A stretch of 64,000 nt of DNA from Acidimicrobiia bacterium (GCA_041576165.1 JBFGLM010000020.1:1-64000); one strand, 5' to 3'. Positions 20,064 through 31,324 are shown, numbered from the stretch's first letter. Notes: generated from the letters alone by a model not told the origin. Program-made: numbers and translations.

Positions 20064-23000
20064 GTGGAGTTTCGCGCCCTCGGCTCGATCGAGGTCCACG
20101 ATGGGGGACGCCCGGCCGCTCTCGGGGGGCCGAAACAACGAGCGGTGCTGGCACTGCTCCTCAAGGATGTCGGTCGAGTTGTCACCACCGACAGCCTGAT
20201 CGATGGCGTGTGGGGCGACGACCCGCCGGACGCCGTCAGGAACTCGCTGCACACCTACATCTCCAACCTGCGTTCCATCCTGGGCGGTCGGATCGAGCGC
20301 ATGGGAAGCGGGTACCGGCTCGACGTCGAGCCGGCCGAGGTCGACACCTGTCTCTTCGAGCAACTACTCGATGAAGCCCGAGCCGCGATGTCGGTGAATC
20401 CGGCTGTATCGGGTCAGACGCTGCGCGCAGCATTGGCGCTGTGGCGCGGCCGGCCCTACGGCGATCTGATCGACGTGCCCGGGCTGGCGGATGAGATCCG
20501 GCGGCTGGAAGAGCTGCGTCTGCTGGCGGTTGAGGCCCGGGTGGATGCCGACCTCGCAATCGGACGCCATCAGGCGGTGATTCCCGAGTTGGAGGCGCTG
20601 GCGGCGGAGCATCCACTGCGGGAAGGCTTCCGGGCCCGGCAGATGATCGCGTTGTATCGAGACGGACGCCAGGGCGAAGCGCTGCGCGCCTGCCAGCGGA
20701 CCCGCCAGTACTTGAGCACCGAGTTGGGAGTCGATCCATCACCCGAGCTCCAAGAGCTGGAGGAACGAATCCTCCAACATGACCCGGAGCTTCTATCCCC
20801 CCGGGACGTACGTACCGAGGAGGTGGCATTCCTGTTCACCGATCTCGAGGCCAGCACAGTGCTGTGGGAGACGCGGCCCGACGACATGCGGCACGCCCTG
20901 GCAAACCACGACGAAATACTGGTCAAAGCGGTCGCAGACGCCGGTGGTCGAGTCTTCAAACACACGGGCGACGGGATGCTCGCGGCGTTCGGGACGGTGG
21001 CCGGCGCCGCGCAGGCAGCCGCCCAGGGCCAGACCCAGCTGCAAGCTGCCGATTGGGGTGCTTTGGGTCAGTTGAGAGTCCGCATGTCGGTTGACGTGGG
21101 GGAAGTGGATGCTCGGGGCGACGACTATTTCGGGGCGCCGATGAATCGAGGCGCCCGGATGATGAGCGCGGCGCACGGCGGCCAGATCGTGCTTTCGGCC
21201 CCGGCGCAGGACCAGCTACGTCACCAAGCCGGGGTCGAGATTCGCAGCCTCGGCGAGCACCGTTTCAAAGGGCTCGGAGCGCCGCAGCAGGTATACGAGC
21301 TCCTCGTGCCGGGCCTGGAGAATGAATTCCCGGACCTGCGGACCGACACGGTCGCGGCCCAAACAGGCCGCCAGTTCGGCGACTCAATCCGCGGCTACGA
21401 GATCCGGGAGCGGATTGGTGTGGGCCGGTTCGGGGTTGTGTACCGGGCGTATCAACCCGCGGTCGGACGGGAAGTGGCGGTCAAGGTCATCCGTCCCGAG
21501 TACGCCAACCACCCGGCGTTTGTACGCGGGTTCGAGGCCGAAGCCCGGCTGGTCGCCAGGCTGGAGCATCCTCACATCGTGTCGCTGTATGACTTCTGGC
21601 GCGACCACGAAGGCGCCTACTTGGTCATGCCGTACCTGGCCGGCCGGAGTCTGGCCGGGTCGCCCTACGGGACGCTGTCGCTGGAGCGCATGGCCTCCAT
21701 CATGCGCCAGGTCGGATCGGCGCTGGCCTACGCCCACCGGCAAGGAGTCATCCATCGCGACGTCAAACCGGCCAACATCCTCCTCGACGCCGACGGCAAC
21801 GCCTACCTGGCTGATTTCGGGATCGCTGTTCGGGCCGTCGAGCAGGCCGGTGGTGCTATCCCCAGCTCGCAGACCTACCGCGCCCCCGAGGACCGCGCCG
21901 GCGGTGTCGTGGATGAACGGACGGACGTCTACTCGCTGGCTGCGGTCACCGCCGAACTGCTGACCGGCACCACACCGCCCCCGGCCGAGATGTCCGGCCT
22001 GCCTGCGCAAGTAGCGACGACGATTGAGCGGGGCCTGGCAGCCGAACCGGCGGAGAGATTCGGCTCGGTTGATCGTTTTCTCTCGGCATTCCTGATCGCT
22101 GCCGGCGCCCCTGAAACAGTGCCGGCGCTCAGGCCTGCCGTCATTCGCAACCCGTACAAAGGTCTCGAAGCTTTCGTGGAAGAGGACGCCCGGGACTTTT
22201 TTGGCCGGGATGACGAGATTGCCGCCCTGCTCCGAATGGTGGAACGCCACCGGTTCGTCACCGTGGTCGGACCGTCGGGATCGGGAAAGTCGTCACTAGT
22301 GCGAGCGGGTCTGGTCCCGGCACTTCGGTCGGGTCGATTGTCGGGTTCACATCGTTGGCTGACCGTGACCACCCTCCCCGGTGCCCACCCCTTCGACGAA
22401 TTGGCTACGGCGCTCGCCGACGTGGCCACCGAGCGCCTCGGGCCCCTGTCGGCCGAACTGCGTGCTGATCCAAACGGCCTCCTGCGCGTCGCCAAACGGC
22501 TCACCCGCGACGTTGACGGCGAGTTGGTGCTGGTCGTCGACCAGTTCGAGGAGCTGTTCTCGCTGGTCGGCGACGAGGAGACCCGCGCTGCGTTCATCGA
22601 TGCGTTGCTGGCGGCGGTCCAGGATCCTCACAGCAGGCTGCACATCGTCGCAACCATCCGGGCCGATTTCTTCGATCAGCCGCTGCTGGATGACCGACTC
22701 GGACCGGTTGTCTCTACGGCCCACCTGGCTCTGGCGGTCCCCGCCCCCGACGCACTCCTCGAAACTGTCGAAGGTCCGGCTGCGGCGGCCGGTGTGAAGC
22801 TCGAGTCGGGTCTCGCGCAGCAGGTAGTGGCTGATGTACGCGAACAGCCCGGTGGCTTGCCGCTCATGCAATTCGTCCTGACCGACCTGGTCGACCGATC
22901 CGAAATGGGCCAGGTGTCCCTGGCTGCGTATACCCAAGCAGGAGGCGTGACGGGGGCACTCTCGCGCCGCGCCACCGCAGTCTACGTGGGACTCAACGAC

Positions 23001-25841
23001 GCCGATCGAGCTGTGGCCGAACAGATCTTCCTCCGCCTCGTCACGGTGTCCGATGATGCAGACGACATCCGCCGACGGGTCCGCCGCTCCGAGCTGGAAT
23101 CCCTCAGCCTCGCTCCCGTGTCCGTCGGCCGCGTGCTGGATGCGTTCGGCGCAGCCCGGCTGTTGACCTTCGACCGGGACCCCATCACGCGCGGCCCCAC
23201 CGTCGAGGTGGCGCACGAAGCACTGTTGCGTGAGTGGGGCCACTACCGGCGATGGATCGACAACCGCCGGGAAGCACTGCTCATACATCGCCGCTTCAGT
23301 CTGGCCTGCGCCGAGTGGGAAGCCGCGGACCGTTCAGACGGGCATCTCCCCGGCGGCGGACGCCTCACTCAATACGAGGAATGGGCGACCGAGCCCTCCG
23401 TGGTGCTTTCCGAAACGGAACGCAGCTTCCTCCATGCCGCGATCGGGCGACGCGATCGCCAGACGTCCGAGCGCCTCAGCCGGCGCCGCACCATCATAGG
23501 CGGGTTTGCTGCGGCGGCTCTCATCGCGGTCGTCCTGGCTGTCGCGGCGTGGGTGCAGACTGGTAATGCGCGGGACCAGACGACATTGGCGCAGGAACGA
23601 CAGACAGCGGCAGAACGGGCACGATTGCAGGCCGATGAGAATGCGGCCCGCGCCGAAACGCAGGCCGATCGAGCCAGCCAGGCCGAGGCGGTTGCTTCCG
23701 AGGAGGCCGCCCGAGCCGCAGAAGCGGCGAGTGTGGCGACAGCTCGCGAGCTGGTCCTGGCCAGCACAATCGAGGTCGACCCCGAGCTGAGTACTCACCT
23801 GGCCCTGGCTGCCATCGAGGCGTTCCGGTCGACAGGTGATGTGCCCTCGTCCGCAGTTGATGCCCTGCGGTCTGCAGCGGCAGACATACGGGTCCGAGCC
23901 CGATACCCGGGAGGTCGGTTCGCGTCAGTCAGCGCCGACGGCTCGACGCTTGCAACCACCGCCGGCCCCGACAACCGGCGCATTGCTCTCTGGGACCTGC
24001 CGACCGGCAAACCCCTGGAGATACTGCAGCTCGACGGAGTGGATCTGTGGAGCGCCGAATTCAGCCCGACAACACCCGAACTTCATGTCGAGGCGATATA
24101 TGAGGACCGGGATTGGACCGAGGACCTGGTTTGGAACCTCGACACGGGTGAATGGGAAGGTCCGATGCCGGTCGGTGCCAAGGCCAGCGACCCGGGATCG
24201 TACGACGTCAGTCCTGACGGGAGTCGGGTTGCCCTCGGGCTTGGTGCCGTTGTCCGGATCTGGGATCGCCAGTCCGCCACTGTGACATTTGAAGCCCTGT
24301 TCGACCGTTCGGATACCTCGTGGACGCCGATGGCGTTCTCAGTCGACAATCGGTTGGCATACGTCGTCTCGGAGGGCGAGAGCGCGTCGACGATACAAGT
24401 CGTCGACTCCGATGGCGGCGAGGGAGCAATCAACATCCACGTGCCCTTCCGGGCGGTCGGCATGTCGTGGTCTCCCGACGGCACGCGGTTGGCGACGGTC
24501 AATCCCGCCGGCCAGATGGCCGTGTTCGACGGCCGTGCCGGGGCGCAGTTGTGGCTGCGCGAAGACCTTGATCGCGCTCGCACCCCCGTCTGGTATGCCG
24601 GCGGAACGAGGCTCGTCATCGGCGGGGAGACGCTGTTCGAAGTGTTCGATGCCGACACCGGCGAAACGATTCGCCTGATACCGGGAACCGACTTCAGCCA
24701 GCGCTACTCGGTGATCCCCGGCACTGAGCTGGTTGCGATCGGCGGCGAAGGCGAAGTCCAAGTATTCGACCTGTCTGATGGGCCGCTTCCCGAGGTTGGC
24801 TCCTTCGTGTCGACCGCCGCGCCGGAACCGTTCACGATGCAATTCGTGGAGGGACGGAACGAGCTCGTGACCAGGTCATGGCAGGGCGGTCACGCGATCA
24901 TGCACCCAACGACAGGCGCAACGATCGAGGAACCCGAGTTTGCCGACCCGCTTGCCTTCGAGAACCCGTTCGGATTCACGGCGGTGAGCCGCAACGGTCT
25001 CTTCGCCGCCGGGAGCGACGCCAACGGGCAGTACCGCCTTTGGTCCACCGCTGATGGATCCGTCATCTACACCGCCCCGGCCGGTTGGGAGATCAGAGGA
25101 ATCAACGACGACGGCTCGACCGTTGTGATCAGCGGCGCCATCGACGACGAACCGTCCACTCGCCTTGTGGCCACCGTCGACGGATCCAGCGTGGCGGACC
25201 TCGATGCGGGCGAGGTATCCAAGGTGGACTTCACGGCTGATGGCACCTACATCGTCACCAATAACAACTTCGAGGGATCGCTCCCACCCATCCGCGTGTG
25301 GAATGCCGTGGACGGAACCCTCCTGGCCGCCTTCGGGGATGAACCCTCGCGAGACGACGACGGGAATCCGGCCGATCAGTTCAGCGGCTGGTGGAACGAA
25401 TTCACCCCCGATGATCGGAGCCTCGTCATCGGTGGCTATGACGGTACGGTCCGGGTCCTCGACTTCTCGATGATTGTCAGCGGTGCCCAACCTCAGGATG
25501 CGCTGGTCCGGCGGATCGACGCACACGACAACTTCATCCTGTTTGTTGGCGTGTCGCCGGACGGCTCGATGGTGGCCAGCAGCTCATGGGACGAACCCGC
25601 CAAGCTCTGGGATCTCGAAACCGGTGACCCGCGTGGAGAGTTCGGCACGACTGCCCGGACGGCCGTCGCCTTCCACCCGACGGAACCGCGACTGTACATT
25701 GCCGAGGGGGACACGGTCACGGTCCACACCCTGGATCTCGACGAATTGATCGACATCGCCCGGTCACGGCTCACCCGCGACATGACGGATGCGGAATGCG
25801 AGCGCTATCTCCGTCGCCCGTGCGACGGAGCGTCAACCTGA
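20064..25841 (+). CDS. SARP HTH-BTAD + class III cyclase + Ser/Thr kinase + nSTAND NTPase + WD40 multidomain signalling protein (alternative start 20013)
   Basis: LALWRG/HPLRE (BTAD); FTDLEAST and GDG (cyclase); VAVK, HRDVKPAN, DFG (kinase); GPSGSGKSS and VVDQFEE (STAND); HEALL..W; WD40 blades. Confidence 0.92.
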   Translation: MEFRALGSIEVHDGGRPAALGGPKQRAVLALLLKDVGRVVTTDSLIDGVWGDDPPDAVRNSLHTYISNLRSILGGRIERMGSGYRLDVEPAEVDTCLFEQLLDEARAAMSVNPAVSGQTLRAALALWRGRPYGDLIDVPGLADEIRRLEELRLLAVEARVDADLAIGRHQAVIPELEALAAEHPLREGFRARQMIALYRDGRQGEALRACQRTRQYLSTELGVDPSPELQELEERILQHDPELLSPRDVRTEEVAFLFTDLEASTVLWETRPDDMRHALANHDEILVKAVADAGGRVFKHTGDGMLAAFGTVAGAAQAAAQGQTQLQAADWGALGQLRVRMSVDVGEVDARGDDYFGAPMNRGARMMSAAHGGQIVLSAPAQDQLRHQAGVEIRSLGEHRFKGLGAPQQVYELLVPGLENEFPDLRTDTVAAQTGRQFGDSIRGYEIRERIGVGRFGVVYRAYQPAVGREVAVKVIRPEYANHPAFVRGFEAEARLVARLEHPHIVSLYDFWRDHEGAYLVMPYLAGRSLAGSPYGTLSLERMASIMRQVGSALAYAHRQGVIHRDVKPANILLDADGNAYLADFGIAVRAVEQAGGAIPSSQTYRAPEDRAGGVVDERTDVYSLAAVTAELLTGTTPPPAEMSGLPAQVATTIERGLAAEPAERFGSVDRFLSAFLIAAGAPETVPALRPAVIRNPYKGLEAFVEEDARDFFGRDDEIAALLRMVERHRFVTVVGPSGSGKSSLVRAGLVPALRSGRLSGSHRWLTVTTLPGAHPFDELATALADVATERLGPLSAELRADPNGLLRVAKRLTRDVDGELVLVVDQFEELFSLVGDEETRAAFIDALLAAVQDPHSRLHIVATIRADFFDQPLLDDRLGPVVSTAHLALAVPAPDALLETVEGPAAAAGVKLESGLAQQVVADVREQPGGLPLMQFVLTDLVDRSEMGQVSLAAYTQAGGVTGALSRRATAVYVGLNDADRAVAEQIFLRLVTVSDDADDIRRRVRRSELESLSLAPVSVGRVLDAFGAARLLTFDRDPITRGPTVEVAHEALLREWGHYRRWIDNRREALLIHRRFSLACAEWEAADRSDGHLPGGGRLTQYEEWATEPSVVLSETERSFLHAAIGRRDRQTSERLSRRRTIIGGFAAAALIAVVLAVAAWVQTGNARDQTTLAQERQTAAERARLQADENAARAETQADRASQAEAVASEEAARAAEAASVATARELVLASTIEVDPELSTHLALAAIEAFRSTGDVPSSAVDALRSAAADIRVRARYPGGRFASVSADGSTLATTAGPDNRRIALWDLPTGKPLEILQLDGVDLWSAEFSPTTPELHVEAIYEDRDWTEDLVWNLDTGEWEGPMPVGAKASDPGSYDVSPDGSRVALGLGAVVRIWDRQSATVTFEALFDRSDTSWTPMAFSVDNRLAYVVSEGESASTIQVVDSDGGEGAINIHVPFRAVGMSWSPDGTRLATVNPAGQMAVFDGRAGAQLWLREDLDRARTPVWYAGGTRLVIGGETLFEVFDADTGETIRLIPGTDFSQRYSVIPGTELVAIGGEGEVQVFDLSDGPLPEVGSFVSTAAPEPFTMQFVEGRNELVTRSWQGGHAIMHPTTGATIEEPEFADPLAFENPFGFTAVSRNGLFAAGSDANGQYRLWSTADGSVIYTAPAGWEIRGINDDGSTVVISGAIDDEPSTRLVATVDGSSVADLDAGEVSKVDFTADGTYIVTNNNFEGSLPPIRVWNAVDGTLLAAFGDEPSRDDDGNPADQFSGWWNEFTPDDRSLVIGGYDGTVRVLDFSMIVSGAQPQDALVRRIDAHDNFILFVGVSPDGSMVASSSWDEPAKLWDLETGDPRGEFGTTARTAVAFHPTEPRLYIAEGDTVTVHTLDLDELIDIARSRLTRDMTDAECERYLRRPCDGAST

Positions 25842-25866
25842 CCAAAGGCCCTGAGCCGTCTGCGCG

Positions 25867-25898
25867 GGAGAGGGACCAGCGATAACCGGTCCCTCTCC
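25867..25898. terminator. Hairpin between convergent genes
   Basis: GGAGAGGGACC-N10-GGTCCCTCTCC, a perfect 11-bp stem. Confidence 0.55.
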
Positions 25899-25923
25899 GA
25901 GTCAATCGGCCTCGGCCGGCGAT

Positions 25924-26646
25924 CTATCCGATCTCGCTTTCGGCTCCGAGGCCGATCGCCGTCCACGTGCCGCTCGAGCCCGTAACCGTGAGACCCAGAA
26001 TGTATGTGGCATACGCTTCCCCAACGGATCCCCATCGGACGAGCCGGCCACCGACCCGCACCGCTCGCGAGCGGGTGATCTTGTTCCGATTGATCGCCCG
26101 GAAGAAACCGTCCTGGGGCTGGATGATCGCTTGCTGGTTCGTGAGATCCGACCTCACCATCGGCCTGCCGGAGCGAAACGTATCTCGGTCGTCGAAGTCG
26201 GCCGGTCGACGGTTTTCGTAGACGATGGTGTGGCCGGTTCTCCACAGGTAGATGATCGGGTCTTCGAACAACGCGGTGTGCGTGTTCGCCACCGTGAAGA
26301 ACGTGAAGCGAGCCGTGGTCTCATTGTGGGGTTGACCCCGAAACAGCTCGTCCTCAGTGAAGCCTTTCAACGATGCGAAATAGCCGTACTGCTCCGAGCT
26401 GGTCGGGTCCGGGTTGATCACGCCCGATACCTTGTCGAAGATCTTCTCCCCGGGGACGAGGTCGACGACCTCGGCGCCACCCGCGCCGGGGGATCGGATC
26501 GGGCCCGCCGCTGGCCTGGTCGTTCCCGATGCGGGTAACGCCAGGCTCAGCGCCGCCAGCAAACCACCTCCTGCGGCGGCTCCAGCTCGGAGGAATGCCC
26601 GGCGACCCGGGTCGATGCACGTGGTTGTTGTGTCTGCGGCACGCAT
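25924..26646 (-). CDS. Tat-exported hypothetical protein
   Basis: GRRAFLR twin-arginine signal plus hydrophobic stretch; GGAGG RBS. Confidence 0.7.
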   Translation of the reverse strand: MRAADTTTTCIDPGRRAFLRAGAAAGGGLLAALSLALPASGTTRPAAGPIRSPGAGGAEVVDLVPGEKIFDKVSGVINPDPTSSEQYGYFASLKGFTEDELFRGQPHNETTARFTFFTVANTHTALFEDPIIYLWRTGHTIVYENRRPADFDDRDTFRSGRPMVRSDLTNQQAIIQPQDGFFRAINRNKITRSRAVRVGGRLVRWGSVGEAYATYILGLTVTGSSGTWTAIGLGAESEIG

Positions 26647-26882
26647 GGCGACCTCCCTTCTGCAGACCCGGCCATCTAAGATCGCCGCCCTTGGAGAAAT
26701 CTTGAAGCCACACCGAACCTCGGCTGCCATGACCTTGGCTAGGTCCCGCCGGAAACTGCGAGATGGGATGCAGGAGCCGCACGTGGACCGGGTGGGGTGT
26801 CGCTCGCCATCGGGAGCCGATGACCTCGTAGCTGACTCTGTGCTACCTGCCGCGGGCGGCCGGGGACTCCGGACCTGCCAAG

Positions 26883-27344
26883 ATGCGCATCATGCAACGG
26901 GTGGTGACGGGGCTCCATCAAGCCAGCGACGGTGCATGGCTCGTTGACCTCGGCTGTCTGCACCAGCAGACGGTCCCTGCGGGTCCAGGCGCCGTCGACG
27001 CCCCGATGTCTCTCGTGACGAGTGTCGACTGCGAGCTGTGCGACCACATGGTGCTGCCGGACGGCCTCACTCTGGCGCGCACTACGCGGCGGTTCGATAT
27101 CGAAAGTACACCAGCCGGCCTGCGCCGGCGCCACCGGGTGGCGGACGGCGTTTGGGGGGTACTGGAGGTCGATCACGGAGCCGTGGAGTTCACCGTCCAC
27201 GGAGACCAGCCGCTCGCCCGGACGTTGCGCCAGGGCGACCGCCAGCCGATCCCACCGGGGGTGGGACACGACGTCAGCCCACACGCCGACGCCCAGTTCA
27301 GAATCGAGTTCTGGCACCGGCCGGTGGCCGCTCCTGGCGGCTGA
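26883..27344 (+). CDS. DUF3565 + DUF1971 (TehB-like cupin) protein
   Basis: W.VDLGCLHQQ and CELCD; TPAGLRRRHRVADGVWG; IPPGVGHDV. Confidence 0.65.
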   Translation: MRIMQRVVTGLHQASDGAWLVDLGCLHQQTVPAGPGAVDAPMSLVTSVDCELCDHMVLPDGLTLARTTRRFDIESTPAGLRRRHRVADGVWGVLEVDHGAVEFTVHGDQPLARTLRQGDRQPIPPGVGHDVSPHADAQFRIEFWHRPVAAPGG

Positions 27345-27451
27345 AGCCGCACGCTCGACCCGGCTCGCCCTACGCCGCCTAGTGAGGTGAGAGGGCGCCC
27401 GATCGCGAACAACGTCGTAGTGGCCCGACTCCAGACGGGGCAGCCCGGCGG

Positions 27452-27772
27452 TTGTACTCCTACGTGCTCGCCGACACGATCGGCGCCCGGGTGGGCGAAG
27501 ACCTCTATGAGGAGCTCGGGCCAGGGTCGCTGCTCTGCAAGCCGCGCAAAGTGCCACACACCTTCTGGAACCCCACCGAGGAGGAGGCGCGGCTGCTGGA
27601 AATCATCGGCCCGCCGGGCCTCGACCGGTTCTTGACCGAACTCGGGCCGGTCGTGGCCGGCGAGACCGACTTCGACGCCATCGGTCGTCTCACGGATCGC
27701 CACGGCCTCACGTTCCCGACCGAGTGGATCGAGGACCTCCAGAACCGGCACGGCGTCACTCTGGCGGGGTGA
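27452..27772 (+). pseudogene. Cupin-domain protein lacking its N-terminus
   Basis: YSYVL...KPRKVPHTFWN...RLLEII.PPG is present; the first cupin motif is absent. Confidence 0.55.
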
Positions 27773-27826
27773 AGTCCCTCCCGGAGGGGCAAACCGACAG
27801 ACGGTGGCGAGGTTCGCCGCGCCGAT

Positions 27827-28342
27827 TCAAACCGGCTCGGCTACCTCGTCCTGCGCCTCGGCGGGTTGCACCCGACGCACTTGCAGGTACTCGTCCACCC
27901 CGTACACGCGCTGGGACCGCAGGTCCTTGGGCCGGATGTAAGGCTCCGCTACTGAGCTGGGGACGAATTCTGGATGGTCCACCAGGAACGTTTCCCCTTC
28001 GTTGATGAGGGTGGCGGACCCCTCTGCCATCACGTTCTTGAGCCAATCCGCCCTGTGCCCGTACGGGAGCGGGATGACGAACCCGTCTTCGGTTGCCCGG
28101 GCCTGCACCGGGGTCTCGTAGGCGGTACCAGACTTGCGGCCGTGATGTTTGATCACCGATGCATACGCTCCCGGCTGCCCCGCGGTCTTCATCTGCTCCG
28201 GATTCACCACGTCTCGCGCCATACGGCGGAGGGCGTTCTGCAGCGGCGGGCATTTCTTGCGCATCGCCACAGTGAACACAGCCCATATCGCGGCGAGTGC
28301 GAGGAACAAACCGGTGGCGTACTTGACGACTCGCGTCAACAC
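27827..28342 (-). CDS. F420-dependent DDN-like nitroreductase family protein
   Basis: HHGRKSGTAYETPV; YG..ADWLKNV. Confidence 0.8.
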   Translation of the reverse strand: MLTRVVKYATGLFLALAAIWAVFTVAMRKKCPPLQNALRRMARDVVNPEQMKTAGQPGAYASVIKHHGRKSGTAYETPVQARATEDGFVIPLPYGHRADWLKNVMAEGSATLINEGETFLVDHPEFVPSSVAEPYIRPKDLRSQRVYGVDEYLQVRRVQPAEAQDEVAEPV

Positions 28343-28489
28343 GCGACCTCCTTAGAAGGATCTCCCCTCCAGGTTGATGCTTTCGTTGACGGCCGGGCAG
28401 AGGCAGACGGCCCCTTCTCGCGAAAGCTCTCGGACGTCGAATCTGATCTCTGGCTCGAGACGTCCCGACGCCGCCCGGTGCCCCGCCGG

Positions 28490-29302
28490 CTACGACACCA
28501 TGAAGTCCCGCACTATCGACGCAACCAGGGCCGGGTCCGTCTGGTGGGCGATGTGGGCGTGGCCGTCGAGGACGTGGAGTCGTGACCCAGGGATCGCCGC
28601 GGCCGCCCGCTCGGTCGCCGCGTGCTGCTCCGTCGGGCTGTCCGATCCGGCCAGCAGCAGCGTTGGGGCGGTGATTCCGTCAAACTGGCCGGGTTCATAG
28701 ACCCAGCCGGCCTCGGCCTGGAGCTCCCGCGGCACGGTGTGGACGATCCCGAGCCGGGTCAGCCATTCGGGGCTGGAGCGGATAGCTTCGACCTCCTCGT
28801 CGGTCATCTCCACCAGCCCGACCAGCAACGCCACCAGTGCACCTTCTCGGTCACCCGCGGCAAGCGCCGCGTCTATCGCCTCGACAGAGCCGGCCGGGTA
28901 CGTGTAACCCAGGCCCGGCTCGTACAGCACCAGGTGGTGGATGTTGGTGGTGCGAGTGGCGCCGCCCATCGCGCAGTCGGCCCCATAGGAATGACCCCAT
29001 AGCGCCACCGGTCCCCCCGTTCGGTCCGCCACCGCATCCACCACGGCGGCCACGTCGTCGAACTCGCGCTCAATCGAGTAGCTCGGGGCGTCCTCGCTGG
29101 CGCCGCGGCCTCGCCGGTCGACGATGTAGGTGGTCACGCGGTCGCGCAGCTCCTTCAGCAGCGGACCGTATGTTGTGTGGTCGCTAGTGGCCCCGTGGAA
29201 CATCACGAGCGGCGGTCCTGAGCCTTCGACCCATACTGCGATCGACGTTCCGTCCGACGACCGCACCGTGAAGTTGGTCGATCGGATCGTTTGCCTGTTC
29301 AT
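28490..29302 (-). CDS. Alpha/beta hydrolase
   Basis: DRRGRGAS; GHSYGA; GHAHIAH. Confidence 0.9.
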   Translation of the reverse strand: MNRQTIRSTNFTVRSSDGTSIAVWVEGSGPPLVMFHGATSDHTTYGPLLKELRDRVTTYIVDRRGRGASEDAPSYSIEREFDDVAAVVDAVADRTGGPVALWGHSYGADCAMGGATRTTNIHHLVLYEPGLGYTYPAGSVEAIDAALAAGDREGALVALLVGLVEMTDEEVEAIRSSPEWLTRLGIVHTVPRELQAEAGWVYEPGQFDGITAPTLLLAGSDSPTEQHAATERAAAAIPGSRLHVLDGHAHIAHQTDPALVASIVRDFMVS

Positions 29303-29802
29303 CGATGCCTCCAATTCGCCAGCCGTGGTGCCTGTTGGCTCGGGACGGATGCACGGCTCGAGCTGGGCCCCGGGGCGCTGTCGGGGCTGCGGTTGGGCCG
29401 GCGAGCGGGCGTCGAGACCTGGGTCGCAGAGCCAGGTGTCCCTGCGCTCGGGTGGGGCCGCCGCTGCATAGGCGAGCAGGCCCGAGAGGAAACACGGGCG
29501 AATGGGTGCCGGCCGCAATCGGGCGGCGGATTGCTGGTTGCCGAGGGCCGTGCTTTTCGAGGACGAAGATCGAGGGCTCGCGACGTGCCCCCGCAGCAGC
29601 ATGCACCAGCCAAACCGTCCACACGGCTCCCCCTGAGCGGCTCTCAAGAGAGCTGATTCACCGACCTCAGGCAAACATACGCCCCGGCTACCGGGCCAAC
29701 AAGCCGCCAAATGTTGGGCTACAGGGTCTCTTCCCCCACTGTGGGGAAGGGTTCGCCGACGAAAGGAGCCGGAAGGGGAGCGCGCCACTGCGCCACGTGG
29801 AT

Positions 29803-30300
29803 TCAGAGACGGTTATCGAGCTGGGTCATGAACGGAGTAGTGCCAAGCTCGGTCCAGATCTCTCGCGCTCGCCCGGCCGCGAACGCCCGGTCGGGGTGTC
29901 CGGGCGGCAGCAGGATGGCCAGCTCGCCGAGCCAGTCGGCCGTGTCAGGAATCAGCCCGGCCTGCTCCAGCGCAGCAGCCGCTGTCGGCGTAGCACCTGC
30001 TACGTCGCCGGACGCCAGGGCTGCGGTCCCCGGACGGTCTTGACCCAGGAGGCGGTCCGGGGGTCGAGGGAGGGCCGCTGGTCCAGGGTTCGCGGTACCT
30101 CCGCGACCACCTCCCAGTCCCGGGCGCGGACGGCGGCCAGCCCGATCCGCGGGTATTCATAGCCGGGCCAGAACGAATCGGCCGCTTGCGCATGCTCCAA
30201 CGCTGCTTCGTGCTCGCCACCAGCAGTGGACGCCACCATCAATGCACAGTGCAGATACCAGCGATCTTGATACGACTCGGAGCCCGGTGCGACCGACATT
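29803..30300 (-). pseudogene. Frameshifted C-terminal remnant of a TPR/helical protein
   Basis: Helical Ala-rich text runs across two frames and ends ...AREIWTELGTTPFMTQLDNRL*; no start. Confidence 0.4.
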
Positions 30301-30514
30301 GCGACGGAGCGGCGCGCCGGCCGCAGGACCGGACTCGGTTGATGGGGCACCGACGTGCCAGTTTCCAGTCGCTCTGAACGAACCGCCCGCGCCTGGTCGT
30401 TGCCCAGTCGCGAAGCTCGGAGGTGGGTGCCACGCCGGGGGCGTACCGAACCGGGCAGCGGGCCGGCCGACATCGTCCCCCCTCGAATCCGCTGCCGAGT
30501 GCGGGCTGGCCCTA

Positions 30515-31324
30515 TCAGCCGCTGTCCCGGGCCTGCCAGGCTTCGGCTAGTTCGGGTAGGTAACGGAGCAGGTGTGCCGAGCAGGTTGCGCCAGTGGAAT
30601 CGGGCCCCCAGCACGCAGCGACCATCTCATCGAGGTGGTATTCCTGCATGTAGTCGTCGACGAAATCCACGACTTCCAGGTTCTGTGGTTCGTAGTCGAA
30701 GAAGTGCACGATCTGGCCGTCGCGCACCGCGTACGACGCGTGGAAGGGCACCGCGCCGACGCCCAAGCCGTCCAGGATCACGTCTTCGTAGCGCCCGTCA
30801 CATTCGACGATCGAGCCGCCGGACCGTTCATGCGTCTGCTCGGTTGTACGGCACGTGATGTCGGTGTGGCGCACATTGATCGCCTCGTGGACGGTGAACT
30901 GGTCCATGATCGCCGCACGTCCCGATTCGCTCGTGATGGAGTTGCCGAGAGTGAGAGTGGCGTCATCAGCGATCAGTGCCCAATATCGACCCTCGTCGTG
31001 GCCGCTGGCAGCAATGAAGGCAGCGGCCGCCTCGTCGGGTCCCAGAGAATCAGTATCAACCACGTTGGATCCGCCGACTGGCACCAGGATCGCCACGATC
31101 GCAACGATCAACGCCGCGACCGCAGCCATGACGAGCGGCACCTTCCAATTCCCGTGCTTGGTGTCCGGGGTTATCAAACGGCGGGGTTGGTCGTCGGTTC
31201 TGTGCGTGCCCATTTCTTCTCCCTTCAAGTCGGGCGCCCCTCCGGCGCCCGCCGGATGCTGTGACCGTGACACGGGCACGGGATTGGACGCTTGCAGTTG
31301 ATCGAAGGCGAGTTCAATGTCCAT
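30515..31324 (-). CDS. Single-TM protein with SnoaL/NTF2-like extracellular domain, putative anti-sigma partner
   Basis: Overlaps the 3' end of the ECF sigma gene; LQASNPVP N-terminus; one TM helix. Confidence 0.6.
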   Translation of the reverse strand: MDIELAFDQLQASNPVPVSRSQHPAGAGGAPDLKGEEMGTHRTDDQPRRLITPDTKHGNWKVPLVMAAVAALIVAIVAILVPVGGSNVVDTDSLGPDEAAAAFIAASGHDEGRYWALIADDATLTLGNSITSESGRAAIMDQFTVHEAINVRHTDITCRTTEQTHERSGGSIVECDGRYEDVILDGLGVGAVPFHASYAVRDGQIVHFFDYEPQNLEVVDFVDDYMQEYHLDEMVAACWGPDSTGATCSAHLLRYLPELAEAWQARDSG

